From the NCBI GenBank assembly GCA_963773065.1, contig CAVYZN010000020.1, forward strand, positions 1-49,448: 49,448 nt of DNA, written 5' to 3'. Under the pieces are notes generated by a model. That model did no database searches. It was given only the letters and a program-made list of their open reading frames with translations, and was not told where the DNA came from. This document shows positions 49,095 through 49,448 of this stretch, one piece after another. Position numbers and translations under genes: made by a program. Positions within the stretch are counted from its first letter, which is position 1. Every line of letters starts with the position of its first letter. Source of the DNA: an uncultured Gammaproteobacteria bacterium (lineage in GTDB: Bacteria > Pseudomonadota > Gammaproteobacteria > UBA9214).

Positions 49095-49355
49095 ATGATC
49101 ACAAAGCCGCTTGAAAAAACATTTCCGAAAGTCGAGGTGACGGTCATCGCCAGCCATGGTATGTGGTTGAAGGTCAGGGACCGTGAAGTATTCATGTCTT
49201 ACGATGATTTCCCATGGTTTAAGGACGCTCCGATTGGAAAAGTGCTGAATGTGAAAGAATCAAACCCCGGGCATCTGTATTGGCCCGATCTCGATGTAGT
49301 GGTAGGGATAAAAACCATCTAGCATCCCGCACGATTTCTCCTCGAAGCCAAGTGA
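49095..49355 (+). pseudogene. DUF2442 family protein with a premature TAG at 49320
   Basis: EVT....HG.W......E.F.SY..FPWFKDA.I..V.NV.E..PGHLYWPDLDV.....I*HP.RF.L. Confidence 0.75.
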
Positions 49356-49448
49356 CGTAGTGCAACGCCCTCCACAGGACTACCCTGAAATTCGCGCGCG
49401 GCACAGGGGATGCTCATTAGCTGGCCTCATGTCAAGAGCGAACGTGAG

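Overview
Gammaproteobacterial window (probably Chromatiales-like, inferred from the ATPase-metA pair and the repeat types). It has three zones. (1) About 1-32 kb is a decaying general-stress island with many IS elements. It carries CsbD, two DUF1328, ElaB/DUF883, AI-2E, YihY, PfpI, Fe-SOD, a hemerythrin-like protein, glgC, an intact encapsulin plus encapsulated-ferritin operon, and a histidine kinase with a frameshifted NtrC-type sigma54 activator. Many gene fragments are fused end to end (maltokinase, nhaA, fumC, aconitase, aquaporin, DUF748, FecR, topoisomerase IB). About ten sigma54 -24/-12 motifs and a recurring tandem GGG-N8-CCC site point to a sigma54-driven stress regulon. The island also holds a 508-aa putative Rep_trans-like mobile-element gene with a terminal hairpin. 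(2) About 32.5-39.8 kb holds an intact operon of a membrane-anchored peptidoglycan amidase and a MamK-like actin, with no other magnetosome genes in the window. A membrane-anchored 32-aa-repeat coiled-coil gene lies divergent from it, and a DUF350/lytic transglycosylase pair is nearby. This is the best candidate for an undescribed cytoskeletal/cell-wall system. (3) About 40.7-48.6 kb is clean core chromosome (hrpB, ATPase, metA, TerC, 2OG-Fe(II) oxygenase), followed by a decayed DUF4160/DUF2442 pair. All family calls come from motif recognition by eye; no database searches were run.
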